This document shows, one piece after another, positions 37,095 through 47,801 of a DNA stretch of 58,427 nucleotides; positions within the stretch are counted from its first letter, which is position 1; every line of letters starts with the position of its first letter. The position numbers and the translations under genes are program-made. The DNA comes from an uncultured Acidobacteriaceae bacterium. GTDB taxonomy: Bacteria > Acidobacteriota > Terriglobia > Terriglobales > Acidobacteriaceae. The DNA is taken from assembly GCA_964246195.1 (NCBI GenBank), contig CAXTPY010000001.1, positions 4,099-62,525 of the forward strand, given 5' to 3'. A model generated the notes under the pieces. It was not told the DNA's origin. It saw only the letters and a list, made by a program, of their open reading frames with translations, and ran no database searches.

Positions 37095-38945
37095 CTATAC
37101 CCCTACCATGGTGGGCTGGTCGACGTAACCGGCGTCGAAGCTTCCAAGGGCGTAGACGCGTGCATAGGATCCTCCGAGCGCCATCAATTCCTCATGCGTG
37201 CCCCGTTCTACGATTTCGCCGTCTTCGAGGTAGAGGATGAGGTCGCACTCGCTTGCGGCCTGCGGATCGTGGGAGACGAGGAAGGTGGTGCGGCCGAGGC
37301 TAGCGTGTTTGAGGGCAAGCGAGACCTCGCGTTCGTTTCCGCGGTCTAGGCCGGTAGTGGGCTCGTCGCAGATCAGGATGGGGGCCTGGCGCACAACCGC
37401 TCTGGCGATCGCGACGCGCTGCTTCTGACCGCCGGAGAGAGCGGCACCGCGCTCTCCGGCCAGGGTGTCGTATCCGTGAGGCAAGGCGGAGATAAACCCA
37501 TGGGCGTTGGCGATCTTCGCTGCCTCCACGATCTGTTCTTCGCTGGGGTGGGTGGCGCCATAGGCGATGTTCTCTCGCAGAGTCGCAGCGAAGAGAAGAC
37601 TGTCCTGAAGAACGACGGCGATCTTCGAGCGGAGGCTGTCGACTTTGAAATCGCGGAGATCGTGTCCATCGATGCGGATGCTGCCTTCAACAGGATCGTA
37701 GAGGCGTAGAAGCAGGTTGACCATGGTCGACTTGCCGCTACCTGAGGGGCCTGCGAGCGCGATCCTCTGCCCGGGCTTGACTTCGAAGTCAATATTCCGC
37801 AGCACGCGATGGTCGGGGGCGTATCCGAAGGAGACGTTATCGAAGCGAATCGTCCCGGCAAAGGAGGGAGCTTCTACGGCACCTTCTCTGTCGCGGATCT
37901 CGGGTTCGGTCTCCATCAGTTCGACGATCCGTTCTCCGGAGGCGAGCGCTTTTGCAATTTGGCCGAGGTACTTGGCCAACTGCCGCATGGGACGGAAGGC
38001 TGTTCTGAGATAGCTGATGAAGAGAATGAGATCGCCGGGGGTAAGCTTATGGGAGAGCACCATCTGAGCTCCCAGGCAGAGGATAGCTGCTGTGGTGAAG
38101 GCTACCGTGAGTTCGGCGATGCGCTCGAGGCCGGCGGTCAGCTTCTGGGTTTGATCGTTCTCTGTCTGATTTTTGAGGATTTGGCTGGAGAAGAAGCTGG
38201 AGAACCTTGTCTGGAGGGAGAGCACCTGCACGACACGGATGGACGAGATGGTTTCAGCCGTGGTGGTGGCCATTGCGCCTTCGCGCTGGCGCTGACTGCG
38301 GGAAGCTTCGCGAATGCGTGTGGTGAGACGGGCGGTGGACAGGAGGAAGAGAGGGATGGCGAGGACCGATACGGTGCCGAGTCTCCAGTTCAGGTAGAAC
38401 ATGACGCCGAGCATGGCGAGGACATTGGCGAAATTCGTCGCCAGGGGGAGCGCGGAGGTCACGATGACCTCACGCAGCCGGTCTACGTCCGAGGTGAGGC
38501 GCGAGATGAGATCGCCGGTACGGTTTCTGCTGTGAAACGACAGGGAGAGGTTCGCGACGTGCGTGAACAGGTTGCCGCGGATGCGCGTCATGATGCGAGA
38601 TGCGGCGCGGGCCAGCAGAATGGAGCTGAAGTAATCGGTCACCGCCCCGAGGCTCGCGATCAACACCATGCTGAAGGCGAGGGCGATGAGCAGAGTGACC
38701 GGATGGGCGAGTGGGAACCATGAGGGAAGTGCAGCCTTGTGTCTTGTTTTGCCGGCGAGGAAGAGGAAGTTGAAGATGTACTTCAATGGCCAGGGCTCAA
38801 GCGTCTTCAAGGCAACGGTCGTGATCATGCCTAGGATCGCCAGGGGCAGAAGCCGTTTCTCTTTCGAGATCTCAGGCCAGAAGACTCGGCCTAGACGCAA
38901 GGTCTCGGGGATGATTTTGCTGAAGGGAATTTGACGTTTGATCAC
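37095..38945 (-). CDS. ABC exporter, fused permease/ATPase (MsbA-like)
   Basis: TM domain, GPSGSGKST, LSGGQKQR, ICDEPT; probable GTG 38945 overlapping the upstream stop codon. Confidence 0.94.
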   Translation of the reverse strand: MIKRQIPFSKIIPETLRLGRVFWPEISKEKRLLPLAILGMITTVALKTLEPWPLKYIFNFLFLAGKTRHKAALPSWFPLAHPVTLLIALAFSMVLIASLGAVTDYFSSILLARAASRIMTRIRGNLFTHVANLSLSFHSRNRTGDLISRLTSDVDRLREVIVTSALPLATNFANVLAMLGVMFYLNWRLGTVSVLAIPLFLLSTARLTTRIREASRSQRQREGAMATTTAETISSIRVVQVLSLQTRFSSFFSSQILKNQTENDQTQKLTAGLERIAELTVAFTTAAILCLGAQMVLSHKLTPGDLILFISYLRTAFRPMRQLAKYLGQIAKALASGERIVELMETEPEIRDREGAVEAPSFAGTIRFDNVSFGYAPDHRVLRNIDFEVKPGQRIALAGPSGSGKSTMVNLLLRLYDPVEGSIRIDGHDLRDFKVDSLRSKIAVVLQDSLLFAATLRENIAYGATHPSEEQIVEAAKIANAHGFISALPHGYDTLAGERGAALSGGQKQRVAIARAVVRQAPILICDEPTTGLDRGNEREVSLALKHASLGRTTFLVSHDPQAASECDLILYLEDGEIVERGTHEELMALGGSYARVYALGSFDAGYVDQPTMVGV

Positions 38946-40327
38946 GCTAGACCTTCCCTCTGGGTGGTATTGCTCCTCTGGTCGGCGGGGGCGACTCCGA
39001 TCTGTTCCTGAAAGACATCCCATACGGAAGCAGCGCTGGTTCCGAGGGAAAAGGTTCTCAGGACCCTCTCTCTGGCCCTGTCACCCATGCTCCGCCGCAG
39101 TTCCGGTTGGCGCAGTAGAAAGGTGAGGGCTTCAGCGAGAGCGGGCACATTCTTTTCCGGCACAAGCAAGCCATTCTCCATGTTGGTCACCAGCTCGCTT
39201 ATGCCGGATACGTCGGTCGAGATTACGGCCACGCGCTGCGCCATGGCTTCGATCAAGACGTTGGGAATACCGTCGCGGTCTCCGTTGTCCGTCACCAGGC
39301 AGGGCAGAGCGAAGACGTCGGCATGCCGATACAATTCGGCAACCTGATCCTGCGTCATCTTGCCTTCGATGGCAACGCACTCGCGCAGCCCTAGGTCGCC
39401 GATCATCGCATCGAGTTCGTCTCGCAGAGGACCGTAGCCGACGATGAGGCAGCGAAACTTCACTCCGTTGTTTTTGAGCAGATGGCAGGCTCGAATGAGA
39501 TACGAGAAGCCCTTCTTTTCACGAAAACGCCCTACGCTCAAGATGAGGGGGACGGCAGAGGATTCGGGCTCGCCGGGCTTGTCCCTCCGTTTGCCATCGA
39601 AGAGCGTGAGGTCGATGCCGTGGTAGACGCATCGGATCGGGGTGTCGCTGCTCGACATGTCCTGCAAGTGGCGTCGATTGTATCCGGTGCAGGTTAAGAC
39701 AAACTCCGCGTCTCGCATTTTGCGGTCCAGTTCTTCCGGGTTGGACTGGTAGATGTCCCGGGCATGCGCGGTGAAGCTGTAGGGAATGCCGGTGAAGCCC
39801 TTGATCAGCTCTACGACCGTTGTTGGAGCGTTCGCAAAGTGGGCGTGCAGGTGCGTACATCCGGCTTTTTTTATCTCCCCGGCTAGAAAACCGGCCTGCA
39901 TGACCTCTTTCATCCGCTGATATCCCGGACGCCGCAGGTAGGTCCAAATGGTGCGGAAGTACGCTTTTGGGTGGCTGAGAAGAAGGCAGGCGTGACGGTA
40001 GATGACCATCACCGCGCCGAGGGGCCGGGACCGGCGGCCGAGAGCCAGAGCGTAGGTGACCTTCGCCTGGACCCTCTTCACCGCGGGATGAAAGTGGGTA
40101 TCTTCGGGTCGCCTGAGAGAGTAGATGTGCAAACGCGCGCCAAGCTCCTCCATGCCCAGGATTTCGTTGAGGATGAATGTCTCCGAAAGCGCGGGATACA
40201 TTCGGATGACGTAGGCGATCTTGGGCAGTTTGGGGTTGTGCTTGGATGCTGCTACGTGAGCTACCCGGTTGGCGGCTCTGCTGTTTCGAATGACGTCCTC
40301 TGTATCTAGTGTGGCTGTCAGTTTCAT
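38942..40327 (-). CDS. Glycosyltransferase family 4
   Basis: YPALSETFILNE, HLHAHFA, VGRFREKKG and DGIPNVLIEAMA. Confidence 0.93.
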   Translation of the reverse strand: MKLTATLDTEDVIRNSRAANRVAHVAASKHNPKLPKIAYVIRMYPALSETFILNEILGMEELGARLHIYSLRRPEDTHFHPAVKRVQAKVTYALALGRRSRPLGAVMVIYRHACLLLSHPKAYFRTIWTYLRRPGYQRMKEVMQAGFLAGEIKKAGCTHLHAHFANAPTTVVELIKGFTGIPYSFTAHARDIYQSNPEELDRKMRDAEFVLTCTGYNRRHLQDMSSSDTPIRCVYHGIDLTLFDGKRRDKPGEPESSAVPLILSVGRFREKKGFSYLIRACHLLKNNGVKFRCLIVGYGPLRDELDAMIGDLGLRECVAIEGKMTQDQVAELYRHADVFALPCLVTDNGDRDGIPNVLIEAMAQRVAVISTDVSGISELVTNMENGLLVPEKNVPALAEALTFLLRQPELRRSMGDRARERVLRTFSLGTSAASVWDVFQEQIGVAPADQRSNTTQREGLA

Positions 40328-40750
40328 CGCTCGTTCTCCAGGGCTTACTAAGGCACGTTTGGGGCCAAAAGGGTATTTGGTAATTCCGAGTTATTCTGCG
40401 TGTTTCTGTAGATCCAGGAGCTCTCGGGCACTTGCCCACTGTGTTGTTTTGACACATCCAGGACCAAGGGTAAGGTCCCCGTCAAAATCTGGGCACACTC
40501 CTTCAGGGGCCGGATTCGGCAATACCCTTCATCCAAACCGCGGCCACCGGTAACCCAACACGGGTTCCCGATGGGGTCATTCTCTCCAATCAGTGTGTTG
40601 GTTCGACTCAGCGGGGGCTCTGACAAGATTCCATATCATATTGATTATAAATGACTTGACGCCACCATTTTGTTGGTGCCGCAACTGCTATAGGCATAGT
40701 GCGAGCCGTCAAGGCAGTTCGCGAACCGGACGAGTCGGTGAAAGGGAAGT

Positions 40751-41983
40751 ATGGCGAAACGAATCATGTTTTACTGCCAACACGTGCTGGGAATGGGTCA
40801 TCTGGTCCGTAGCACGGAGGTCGTGAGAGCTTTGGCGCAGGATTTTTCGGTGCTCTTCGTCACCGGCGGGGAGATACCTGCTGGCTTTCAGATTCCCGAG
40901 GGCGTTCAACTCCTGGAGCTTCCATCACTTAAATCCGATGCGGAGTTCCTGGACCTGCAATCCTGCGATTCGACCTGCAATGTCGAGCAGGTCAAGACAA
41001 TGCGCCGCGACTTGCTTCTTCGCACGTTCGACGACTTCCAACCGGACGTGCTGGTCACAGAGTTGTTCCCGTTCGGGCGCAAGCAATTCTCCTCCGAGTT
41101 GCTTCCTGTGCTGGAACGCGCCCATGATCCGGGCAGGCTGGGCAAGACCCTGGTGGTATGCAGCCTGCGCGACATCCTGGTAGCTAAGAAAGCTCAAGCG
41201 GAATACGAGGAGCGCGTCTGCAACACCGTCAACACCTTCTACGATCTAGTGCTGGTCCACGCCGACAGCAGGTTTCAGAGGCTCGATGAGACGTTTCTTC
41301 GGGTCCAGGACCTGATGTGTCCTGTGGCCTATACAGGGTATGTGGTCCAGGAGAATCCGGCCGAAGGTATTCGCGAGACTCTTCCCCCTCAAACCGCAAG
41401 ACCGACGATCGTTATCAGCAATGGGAGTGGACAAGCACCTAGCGGGCATCTTCTTCTTGAAGCGGCGCTGGGAGCTGCGGCATTGCTTGAGGATCGTATT
41501 CCTCACCAATTCCAGATCTTCGCCGGCCCTTTTATACCGGAGAAAGCGTATCAGCGGCTCGAAGCTCTCGCCGCGGAGGCGAGGAATGTTTCGCTGACCA
41601 AATATACCCCTCACCTGCCGGAATACCTGGAACGTGCGGACCTTTCTATCAGCATGGCCGGGTACAACACAATTATGGACATACTTTCCTCCGGCGTCCG
41701 GGCACTGGTCTTTCCTTTCACCGGTGGAGGCAATCAGGAGCAGACGATCAGGGCCCAAAAGATGGCAGAGAAAGGCGTTCTGACCGTGCTCGAGCAACAC
41801 CAACTGGAGCCTGAACATCTTGCTGCCGCGATTCAGAAGAGTCTACTAAGCCGACCTGTCCGAATTCCGTTCGACAACCAGGGGGCCGCAAACAGCAGCC
41901 TCTTACTACGGGAATACTCGGAGCAGCACAGTGAGCCTTTGCTACTAAACCCAGACAGCGTGGCTGAACAAGCCATCTCCTAA
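40751..41983 (+). CDS. GT-B glycosyltransferase (COG4671 / GT28 C-terminal-like)
   Basis: YCQHVLGMGHLVR, ELFPFGR, LRDIL, SMAGYNT and EQTIRA. Confidence 0.88.
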   Translation: MAKRIMFYCQHVLGMGHLVRSTEVVRALAQDFSVLFVTGGEIPAGFQIPEGVQLLELPSLKSDAEFLDLQSCDSTCNVEQVKTMRRDLLLRTFDDFQPDVLVTELFPFGRKQFSSELLPVLERAHDPGRLGKTLVVCSLRDILVAKKAQAEYEERVCNTVNTFYDLVLVHADSRFQRLDETFLRVQDLMCPVAYTGYVVQENPAEGIRETLPPQTARPTIVISNGSGQAPSGHLLLEAALGAAALLEDRIPHQFQIFAGPFIPEKAYQRLEALAAEARNVSLTKYTPHLPEYLERADLSISMAGYNTIMDILSSGVRALVFPFTGGGNQEQTIRAQKMAEKGVLTVLEQHQLEPEHLAAAIQKSLLSRPVRIPFDNQGAANSSLLLREYSEQHSEPLLLNPDSVAEQAIS

Positions 41984-42031
41984 TGCGCAACTAGACCCAA
42001 GCGAAGTAGAAACCTGAGAGAAAGAAGCCCT

Positions 42032-43279
42032 ATGCGCCTATTAGTTTACTCCCACGACACCTTCGGTCTCGGCAACATCAAGCGCATGCTTGCTATCTGC
42101 ACTCACCTGAATGCCTCCACTCCCGACTTGTCTGTGCTGATCGTCAGCGGGTCGCCGATGCTGCACAGCTTTCGTGTCTCTCCGGGCATTGATTACATCA
42201 AGTTGCCTTGCCTGAAGCGATCGGAAGCAGGGCATCTCGGTGTCCGTTTCCTGGATATGGAGGTGAAGCAGGTTGTAAGTCTGCGGAGCCAGCTAATACT
42301 CTCTACTGTGATGAGCTTCAAGCCCGACGTTGTTCTCGTGGACAAGAAGCCGGAAGGTCTGGCAGGCGAGTTGGAGGCCAGCCTCCACTACATCAGGCGG
42401 GAACTCCCGGAGACTAGAACTCTCCTTGTGCTCCGCGACATTCTGGATACGCCTAAGAGCACGATTCAAGCCTGGAAGGAACGAGACAGCTACAAGACGG
42501 TGGAATGGTTTTACGATGATGTGCTTGTTCTTGGGTCGCGGCAGATATTCGACGCATGCGAGGAATACCAGTTTCCCGCGGCGATCCGGCGCAAGATACG
42601 ATTTTGCGGATATGTAGCGCGGGAAGCGCCTGCTAGATCGCGAGAGGAAATTCGCCGGGAGTTGGGCATTGCTGAAGACGAGAAGCTCGTTCTGGTAACA
42701 ACCGGGGGGGGGGAAGATGGTTTTCATATATCCTGCGCAGCGATTGAAGCTTTGAAGGGTCTTCCCGTGAAAGCCCGGGTAAAGAGCTTGATCGTGGCTG
42801 GACCAGAACTCGCTCCGCAGCGAAGACAAGAGATTCATGCAGCGGCACGGTCCTGCCCGGGCATTAAGGTCGTGGATTTTCTGAGCGACATGATCAGCTA
42901 CATGAATGCGGCAGATACGGTGATTTCGATGGCCGGCTACAACTCAATCTGCGAACTGCTGACTCTGGGAAAGCGAGCCATCATCGTGCCTCGTGTAGCT
43001 CCCGTAGAAGAGCAGAAGATGCGTGCGGAACGCATGGCCGGACTGGATATCTTCCGCGTAATACTTCCTGAAGATCTTACCCCCGCCGTTCTATCGGGGG
43101 CATTAATAGAGCAGTTCGCACGGTCGCAAGGTGACGAACGCCATTGCGTGGGTGTGGACATGGGCGCGCTACCGAGGATCAGCGAAATCCTAGTAGGACC
43201 GGCTTCCCGTAAGCCGATGGACCGGAGTTACTCCATGATGATGTCCCTGCGGAGCATGCAGCCCCTGGCCTATCTGTAG
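42032..43279 (+). CDS. GT-B glycosyltransferase (COG4671-like paralog)
   Basis: YSHDTFGLGN, LRDILD, GGGEDG, SMAGYNS and EQKMRA. Confidence 0.88.
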   Translation: MRLLVYSHDTFGLGNIKRMLAICTHLNASTPDLSVLIVSGSPMLHSFRVSPGIDYIKLPCLKRSEAGHLGVRFLDMEVKQVVSLRSQLILSTVMSFKPDVVLVDKKPEGLAGELEASLHYIRRELPETRTLLVLRDILDTPKSTIQAWKERDSYKTVEWFYDDVLVLGSRQIFDACEEYQFPAAIRRKIRFCGYVAREAPARSREEIRRELGIAEDEKLVLVTTGGGEDGFHISCAAIEALKGLPVKARVKSLIVAGPELAPQRRQEIHAAARSCPGIKVVDFLSDMISYMNAADTVISMAGYNSICELLTLGKRAIIVPRVAPVEEQKMRAERMAGLDIFRVILPEDLTPAVLSGALIEQFARSQGDERHCVGVDMGALPRISEILVGPASRKPMDRSYSMMMSLRSMQPLAYL

Positions 43280-43388
43280 ACAGGAGCAGGTGGCCGAATA
43301 CGATTCAGGCGGTTTCAAGCCCTGGCGAGTAGATGGACGTAGGACGCATGGGTATTGCAATGAAGGTTGATTGGCAAAGGAGAACTGT

Positions 43389-44423
43389 ATGAGAATTCTA
43401 GTTACAGGAGCGGCGGGGTTCATTGGCTTTCATTTGTCTCAGCGTCTACTGGCCGATGGACATGAAGTGTTCGGTCTGGATAACATGAACGATTATTACG
43501 ATGTTAATCTGAAGAGGGCCAGGCTTGCGCAGCTTCAGATCCATCCGCGGTTCAGCTTCGAGGTTCTCGATCTGGTGGACGCTGAGGGTATAAAAAGGTT
43601 TGTGGGAAACTCCCGTCCAGAGATCGTGGTGAACCTCGCGGCGCAGGCCGGCGTACGCTACTCCATGGAGAACCCATCCGCCTATGTGAACAGCAACATC
43701 GTAGGCTTCGTCAATTTATTGGAGGCTTGCGTACGCAGCGGTGAAGTCAGCCACTTCGTCTTCGCGTCTTCCAGTTCCGTCTACGGAGCTAATGTCAAAG
43801 TTCCATTCCGTGAGTCTGATCCTGCGGACCATCCAGTGTCTCTTTACGCTGCCACGAAGAGATCGAATGAGCTTCTTGCTCACTCGTACAGCCACCTCTA
43901 TGGGCTGCCAATGACCGGACTTCGCTTTTTCACCGTATATGGTCCTTGGGGGCGCCCTGACATGGGGTACTTCAAGTTCACGGAAGCTATCATGTTCGAT
44001 AAGCCGATCGAGATATACAACGAAGGTCATATGCAACGCGACTTCACTTATATCGACGATATAGTGGAGGGCATTACGCGTGTGATGGCGCATCCTCCTC
44101 AACGAACCGTTGCCGAACAAAACCCAGAAGGTTCCTTGAGTAATGCGCGCTGCAAAATTTACAATCTTGGGAATCATCAACCAGTCGAGTTGATGAAGTT
44201 CATAGAAACCATCGAGCGCGCCACGCATAAAGTTGCCCATAAGGTCTATCTTCCCATGCAGCCCGGAGATGTCGTATCCACCTACGCAGGCATGGACGAC
44301 ATGTATGAAGCAGTTGGCTTCCGGCCTACTACCTCCATAGAGGAGGGATTAGGCAGGTTTGTGGACTGGTACAGAAGTTATTATTCGGCACTGCACTCTG
44401 CGGCATCGTACGTCGCCGCATGA
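43389..44423 (+). CDS. NAD-dependent nucleotide-sugar epimerase (UDP-glucuronate 4-epimerase-like)
   Basis: TGAAGFIG, LAAQAGVRYS, YAATK and RFFTVYGPWGRPDM. Confidence 0.93.
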   Translation: MRILVTGAAGFIGFHLSQRLLADGHEVFGLDNMNDYYDVNLKRARLAQLQIHPRFSFEVLDLVDAEGIKRFVGNSRPEIVVNLAAQAGVRYSMENPSAYVNSNIVGFVNLLEACVRSGEVSHFVFASSSSVYGANVKVPFRESDPADHPVSLYAATKRSNELLAHSYSHLYGLPMTGLRFFTVYGPWGRPDMGYFKFTEAIMFDKPIEIYNEGHMQRDFTYIDDIVEGITRVMAHPPQRTVAEQNPEGSLSNARCKIYNLGNHQPVELMKFIETIERATHKVAHKVYLPMQPGDVVSTYAGMDDMYEAVGFRPTTSIEEGLGRFVDWYRSYYSALHSAASYVAA

Positions 44424-44777
44424 TCTCTGCGGATTACTGCACATGAGCCAACGGCGCGCGGGTGCCAAGCCGGGATGCAAATCAACATTTTACATTGCGG
44501 AGAGAGCATCTTCCATGGTTTATACTCCTATTTGCTGTTGATTCCCGGGCGGATTGCGGTATCTTCTGGCACTCCGGCTATACCTGTCATTGCAAGCATT
44601 TGGGGCTCTGTAATCGTTTACGCCAACATACCAGCAACAAACATAGAATCCAAAGGTGCCACGCTGAGACCCTCGATCGTTCGCCGCATGCTCTCTCCGG
44701 TTAGCTTCATGCCAGCCAGGGGTGACGGTACCTGTATGGCTCCTTACCGGAGGCTTGAATCCTGGGGGTACATAACC

Positions 44778-47729
44778 ATGCCGCGCACCTCCCGATGTAT
44801 TCACTCGTCGTTGCTTCTGCTTGCTTTGCTGAGCTTCCATTTCGCTTTTGCGCAAGCGACGCCTCAAGCCGCTGGGGCCGTCCACGGCCGGGTGGCTGAT
44901 AGGTCGGGCGGAGTCATACCAGATGCGACTGTGACCGTGACTTCATCGGATGAATTAATACACGTCACGTCTACCACGGACGCACTCGGCACCTACCATG
45001 TCCGCGGGCTGGCTCCTGGCAAGTACAACATCGTGGTCGATGCGCAAGGATTTTCCCCACAGACCCTAACTGGAATAGTTATCGCGCAAGGCGAGTCCAT
45101 GCGGGCGAATGCTCTTCTTGATGTCAAAGCGGTAAACGATGAGGTTGAGGTGAACTCCGATAGTCTGACAATCGATACTTCGCCTGAGAACAATGCAAAT
45201 GCGGTTGTCTTGAAAGGACGGGACCTGCACGCGCTGTCGGAGGATCCAAACGAACTCGCCAATCAGATTCAGGCTTTGGCCGGTCCATCTGCGGGTCCTA
45301 ACGGCGCAGAGATTTATGTGGATGGATTTACCGGAGGTCAAATTCCGCCCAAGGCTTCCATCCGCGAGATCCGCATCAATCAGAATCCTTTCTCGGCGGA
45401 GTATGACAGGCTGGGTTATGGGCGTATCGAGATCCTAACCAAAGCAGGATCGAATAAGCTGCACGGCGATGTTTACCTCCGTGGAAATTCGTCGGCATTT
45501 AATTCCCAGAATCCCGTACTGAACAGTAATCTGCCGCCGGGGGCGTCCCCAATCAAGGAACCTGGCTACTACTCTTATTATGTCGACGGCAATGTGGGCG
45601 GCCCGGTGAACGGGACGTCCTCTTTCTTCACCGATGTCTTTCACCGTAACATCCAGAATGTCAAGGTCGTCGATGCCATTGATCCCGCGAGTATATCCCT
45701 GAAGACACCTAACGGAACTCCCCTAAACGAGAGCGTAAGCAATCCAAGGTCGCGCCTCGATGTGAGCGGCCGCTACGATACGCAGGTAGGCCAATCCAAC
45801 ACTCTGTCTTTCCGCTACTCCTTCTACCGCAACACCAGGAATAACGAAGGCGTGGGTCAGATATTCCTTCCGCAGCAAGGATACGATACCAGTTCTACAG
45901 AAAATGACTTTCAGATTAGCAATAGTACCGTCATTGGAGAAAACTTCGTCAACGACGCAGGCTTTCAGTACAGCCGCATACGCCGCTCAAGAATCGCGCA
46001 GCTGACCACGCCGGAGGTTAGTGTGCAGGGTGTGTTCGTCTCCGGAGGCAACAGATCTGGAACCGTGCGGGACAACCAAAATGACTTCGAATTGCATGAT
46101 TATTTAACGGGCACCAGGGGCAAGCACCAACTCGCCTTAGGCGGCCGACTGCGCACCTATAGCGATGCCAATTTTAGCAATGCGGGCACCAACGGAAGTT
46201 ATATCTTTCAGTCGGCTTTGGCATATCTCAATCGTGCTCCGCAGCAGTACCAGGTCACCGAGGTTACGAATAATCAGTACACAGCACGCTCTACTCTGTA
46301 CGACGGCGCACTGTTTTATCAAGACGACTGGAAGGTCAATCAACGCTTTACCTTGAGCTATGGTCTTCGTTGGGAGACCCAGAACTTCATCAGCGATAGA
46401 AGCGACTTTGGGCCTCGGCTCTCTCTTGCATACGCTCTCGGAAAATCCCACCGCAAGCCTAAAACCGTATTGCGTGCCGGGTACGGATGGTTCTATCAGC
46501 GCTTTACTGTCCCAAATAACGCCGGGTCTTCTGGAGGCACGCCTTACATAACCCAGACACTCCACAACAACCTTCCCACCGATCCAGCCGCTCCCTCCAA
46601 CCAACAGATCTTCATCGTGAATAGTCCCGCGTACTCTGAAAGCAGCCCCGGGAACGCGAACGCTCCCGCCAGTCCCGTCTTCTCCAACGCAGCCGTGGCC
46701 TATAACACTATCGCACCGGATTTCCGTGCCGCACTGGACATGCAAGGCGCAATCGGAATCGATCAGCGGGTATCGAAAAGGATTACTGCGAACGTCACCT
46801 ACCTGTATAGCCGGGGAATTCACCAATTCTTTACAAACAACATCAGCGCGCCGTATTTTTCGGCTGCTTCGGGAACCTATCCCGGAGCTCCTCTAACGTC
46901 GCCCTCCAGCAACATCTACCAGTTCCAATCCGGGGGCGTCTACAGACAGGACCAGATCGTGTCGACTCTCAACGTTCGCCTACATCGCGTCCGCCTGGTC
47001 ACTTACTACACTTACGCCAACGCCAAAGGAGATACTAGCGGCGTGTACCACTTTCCATCCGACGCGCATAACCCTGGACTGGACTATGGGCGCACACCGT
47101 TTGGTATAGCGCACCGGTTTGTTCTCTCAGGAGATATTCGCGGACCTCTCGGCATAGGCATCTCTCCTTTCGTGCTGTTTAACTCCGGTACGCCGTATAA
47201 CATCAAGATTGGCAGCGACCTTACAGGAAACAATCAGTTCAACGCCAGGCCAACGTTCGCCAATCCTGCAAACGGGTGCGCAAAGCCCTTGGTGCCCTAC
47301 GGAGGCTACTGTCTCAATCCCAATCCCATAGGAACCTCGGAGAAAATCATACCGTACGGCCTAGGTACGGGGCCCGCCAACCTGCGCTTCAATCTCCGCC
47401 TACGCAAAGTGATCGGATTTGGACCTATTCTTGGAGCATCTACTGGAGGCGCGGCAGGGAGCACATCGCACCCCGGTGATGTGAGCACGCGGGGGTTGAC
47501 GGGAAGTACAGGCGGGCTCGGGAATATCTCAGCGAGCGTCATGCACAGATACAGCTTCACGGTCTCCGCCTATGCTGTCAATCTCTTCAATAGCGAGAAC
47601 TTAGGTGTACCCAATGGGACGCTCACCTCGCCGTTTTTCGGGAAGTCGCAATCGCTTGCCGTGGGGACCTTCGCATCTCCAACGGCCGGCAGCCGCAGCA
47701 TATTCTTGCAAGGTACCCTAAGCTTTTGA
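44778..47729 (+). CDS. TonB-dependent receptor-like outer-membrane protein (carboxypeptidase-regulatory-like N-domain, Oar type)
   Basis: GRVADRSGGVIPDATVTV, NPFSAEYDRLG, YQDDWKV...LSYGLRWE, terminal Phe; probable start 44778 rather than 44475. Confidence 0.9.
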   Translation: MPRTSRCIHSSLLLLALLSFHFAFAQATPQAAGAVHGRVADRSGGVIPDATVTVTSSDELIHVTSTTDALGTYHVRGLAPGKYNIVVDAQGFSPQTLTGIVIAQGESMRANALLDVKAVNDEVEVNSDSLTIDTSPENNANAVVLKGRDLHALSEDPNELANQIQALAGPSAGPNGAEIYVDGFTGGQIPPKASIREIRINQNPFSAEYDRLGYGRIEILTKAGSNKLHGDVYLRGNSSAFNSQNPVLNSNLPPGASPIKEPGYYSYYVDGNVGGPVNGTSSFFTDVFHRNIQNVKVVDAIDPASISLKTPNGTPLNESVSNPRSRLDVSGRYDTQVGQSNTLSFRYSFYRNTRNNEGVGQIFLPQQGYDTSSTENDFQISNSTVIGENFVNDAGFQYSRIRRSRIAQLTTPEVSVQGVFVSGGNRSGTVRDNQNDFELHDYLTGTRGKHQLALGGRLRTYSDANFSNAGTNGSYIFQSALAYLNRAPQQYQVTEVTNNQYTARSTLYDGALFYQDDWKVNQRFTLSYGLRWETQNFISDRSDFGPRLSLAYALGKSHRKPKTVLRAGYGWFYQRFTVPNNAGSSGGTPYITQTLHNNLPTDPAAPSNQQIFIVNSPAYSESSPGNANAPASPVFSNAAVAYNTIAPDFRAALDMQGAIGIDQRVSKRITANVTYLYSRGIHQFFTNNISAPYFSAASGTYPGAPLTSPSSNIYQFQSGGVYRQDQIVSTLNVRLHRVRLVTYYTYANAKGDTSGVYHFPSDAHNPGLDYGRTPFGIAHRFVLSGDIRGPLGIGISPFVLFNSGTPYNIKIGSDLTGNNQFNARPTFANPANGCAKPLVPYGGYCLNPNPIGTSEKIIPYGLGTGPANLRFNLRLRKVIGFGPILGASTGGAAGSTSHPGDVSTRGLTGSTGGLGNISASVMHRYSFTVSAYAVNLFNSENLGVPNGTLTSPFFGKSQSLAVGTFASPTAGSRSIFLQGTLSF

Positions 47730-47734
47730 TCCCT

Positions 47735-47761
47735 GCGCAGCCGCAACGAATGTGGCTGCGC
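47735..47761. terminator. Hairpin between convergent genes
   Basis: GCGCAGCCGCA-ACGAA-TGTGGCTGCGC. Confidence 0.55.
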
Positions 47762-47801
47762 CTGCAATCCGCAGGACGGTAGGGTACTTCGATCCCACGA
47801 G

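Noticed and set aside
44475-44777. 100-aa N-terminal extension of the TonB-dependent receptor
   Set aside because: The signal peptide begins near 44778; the upstream stretch looks intergenic.
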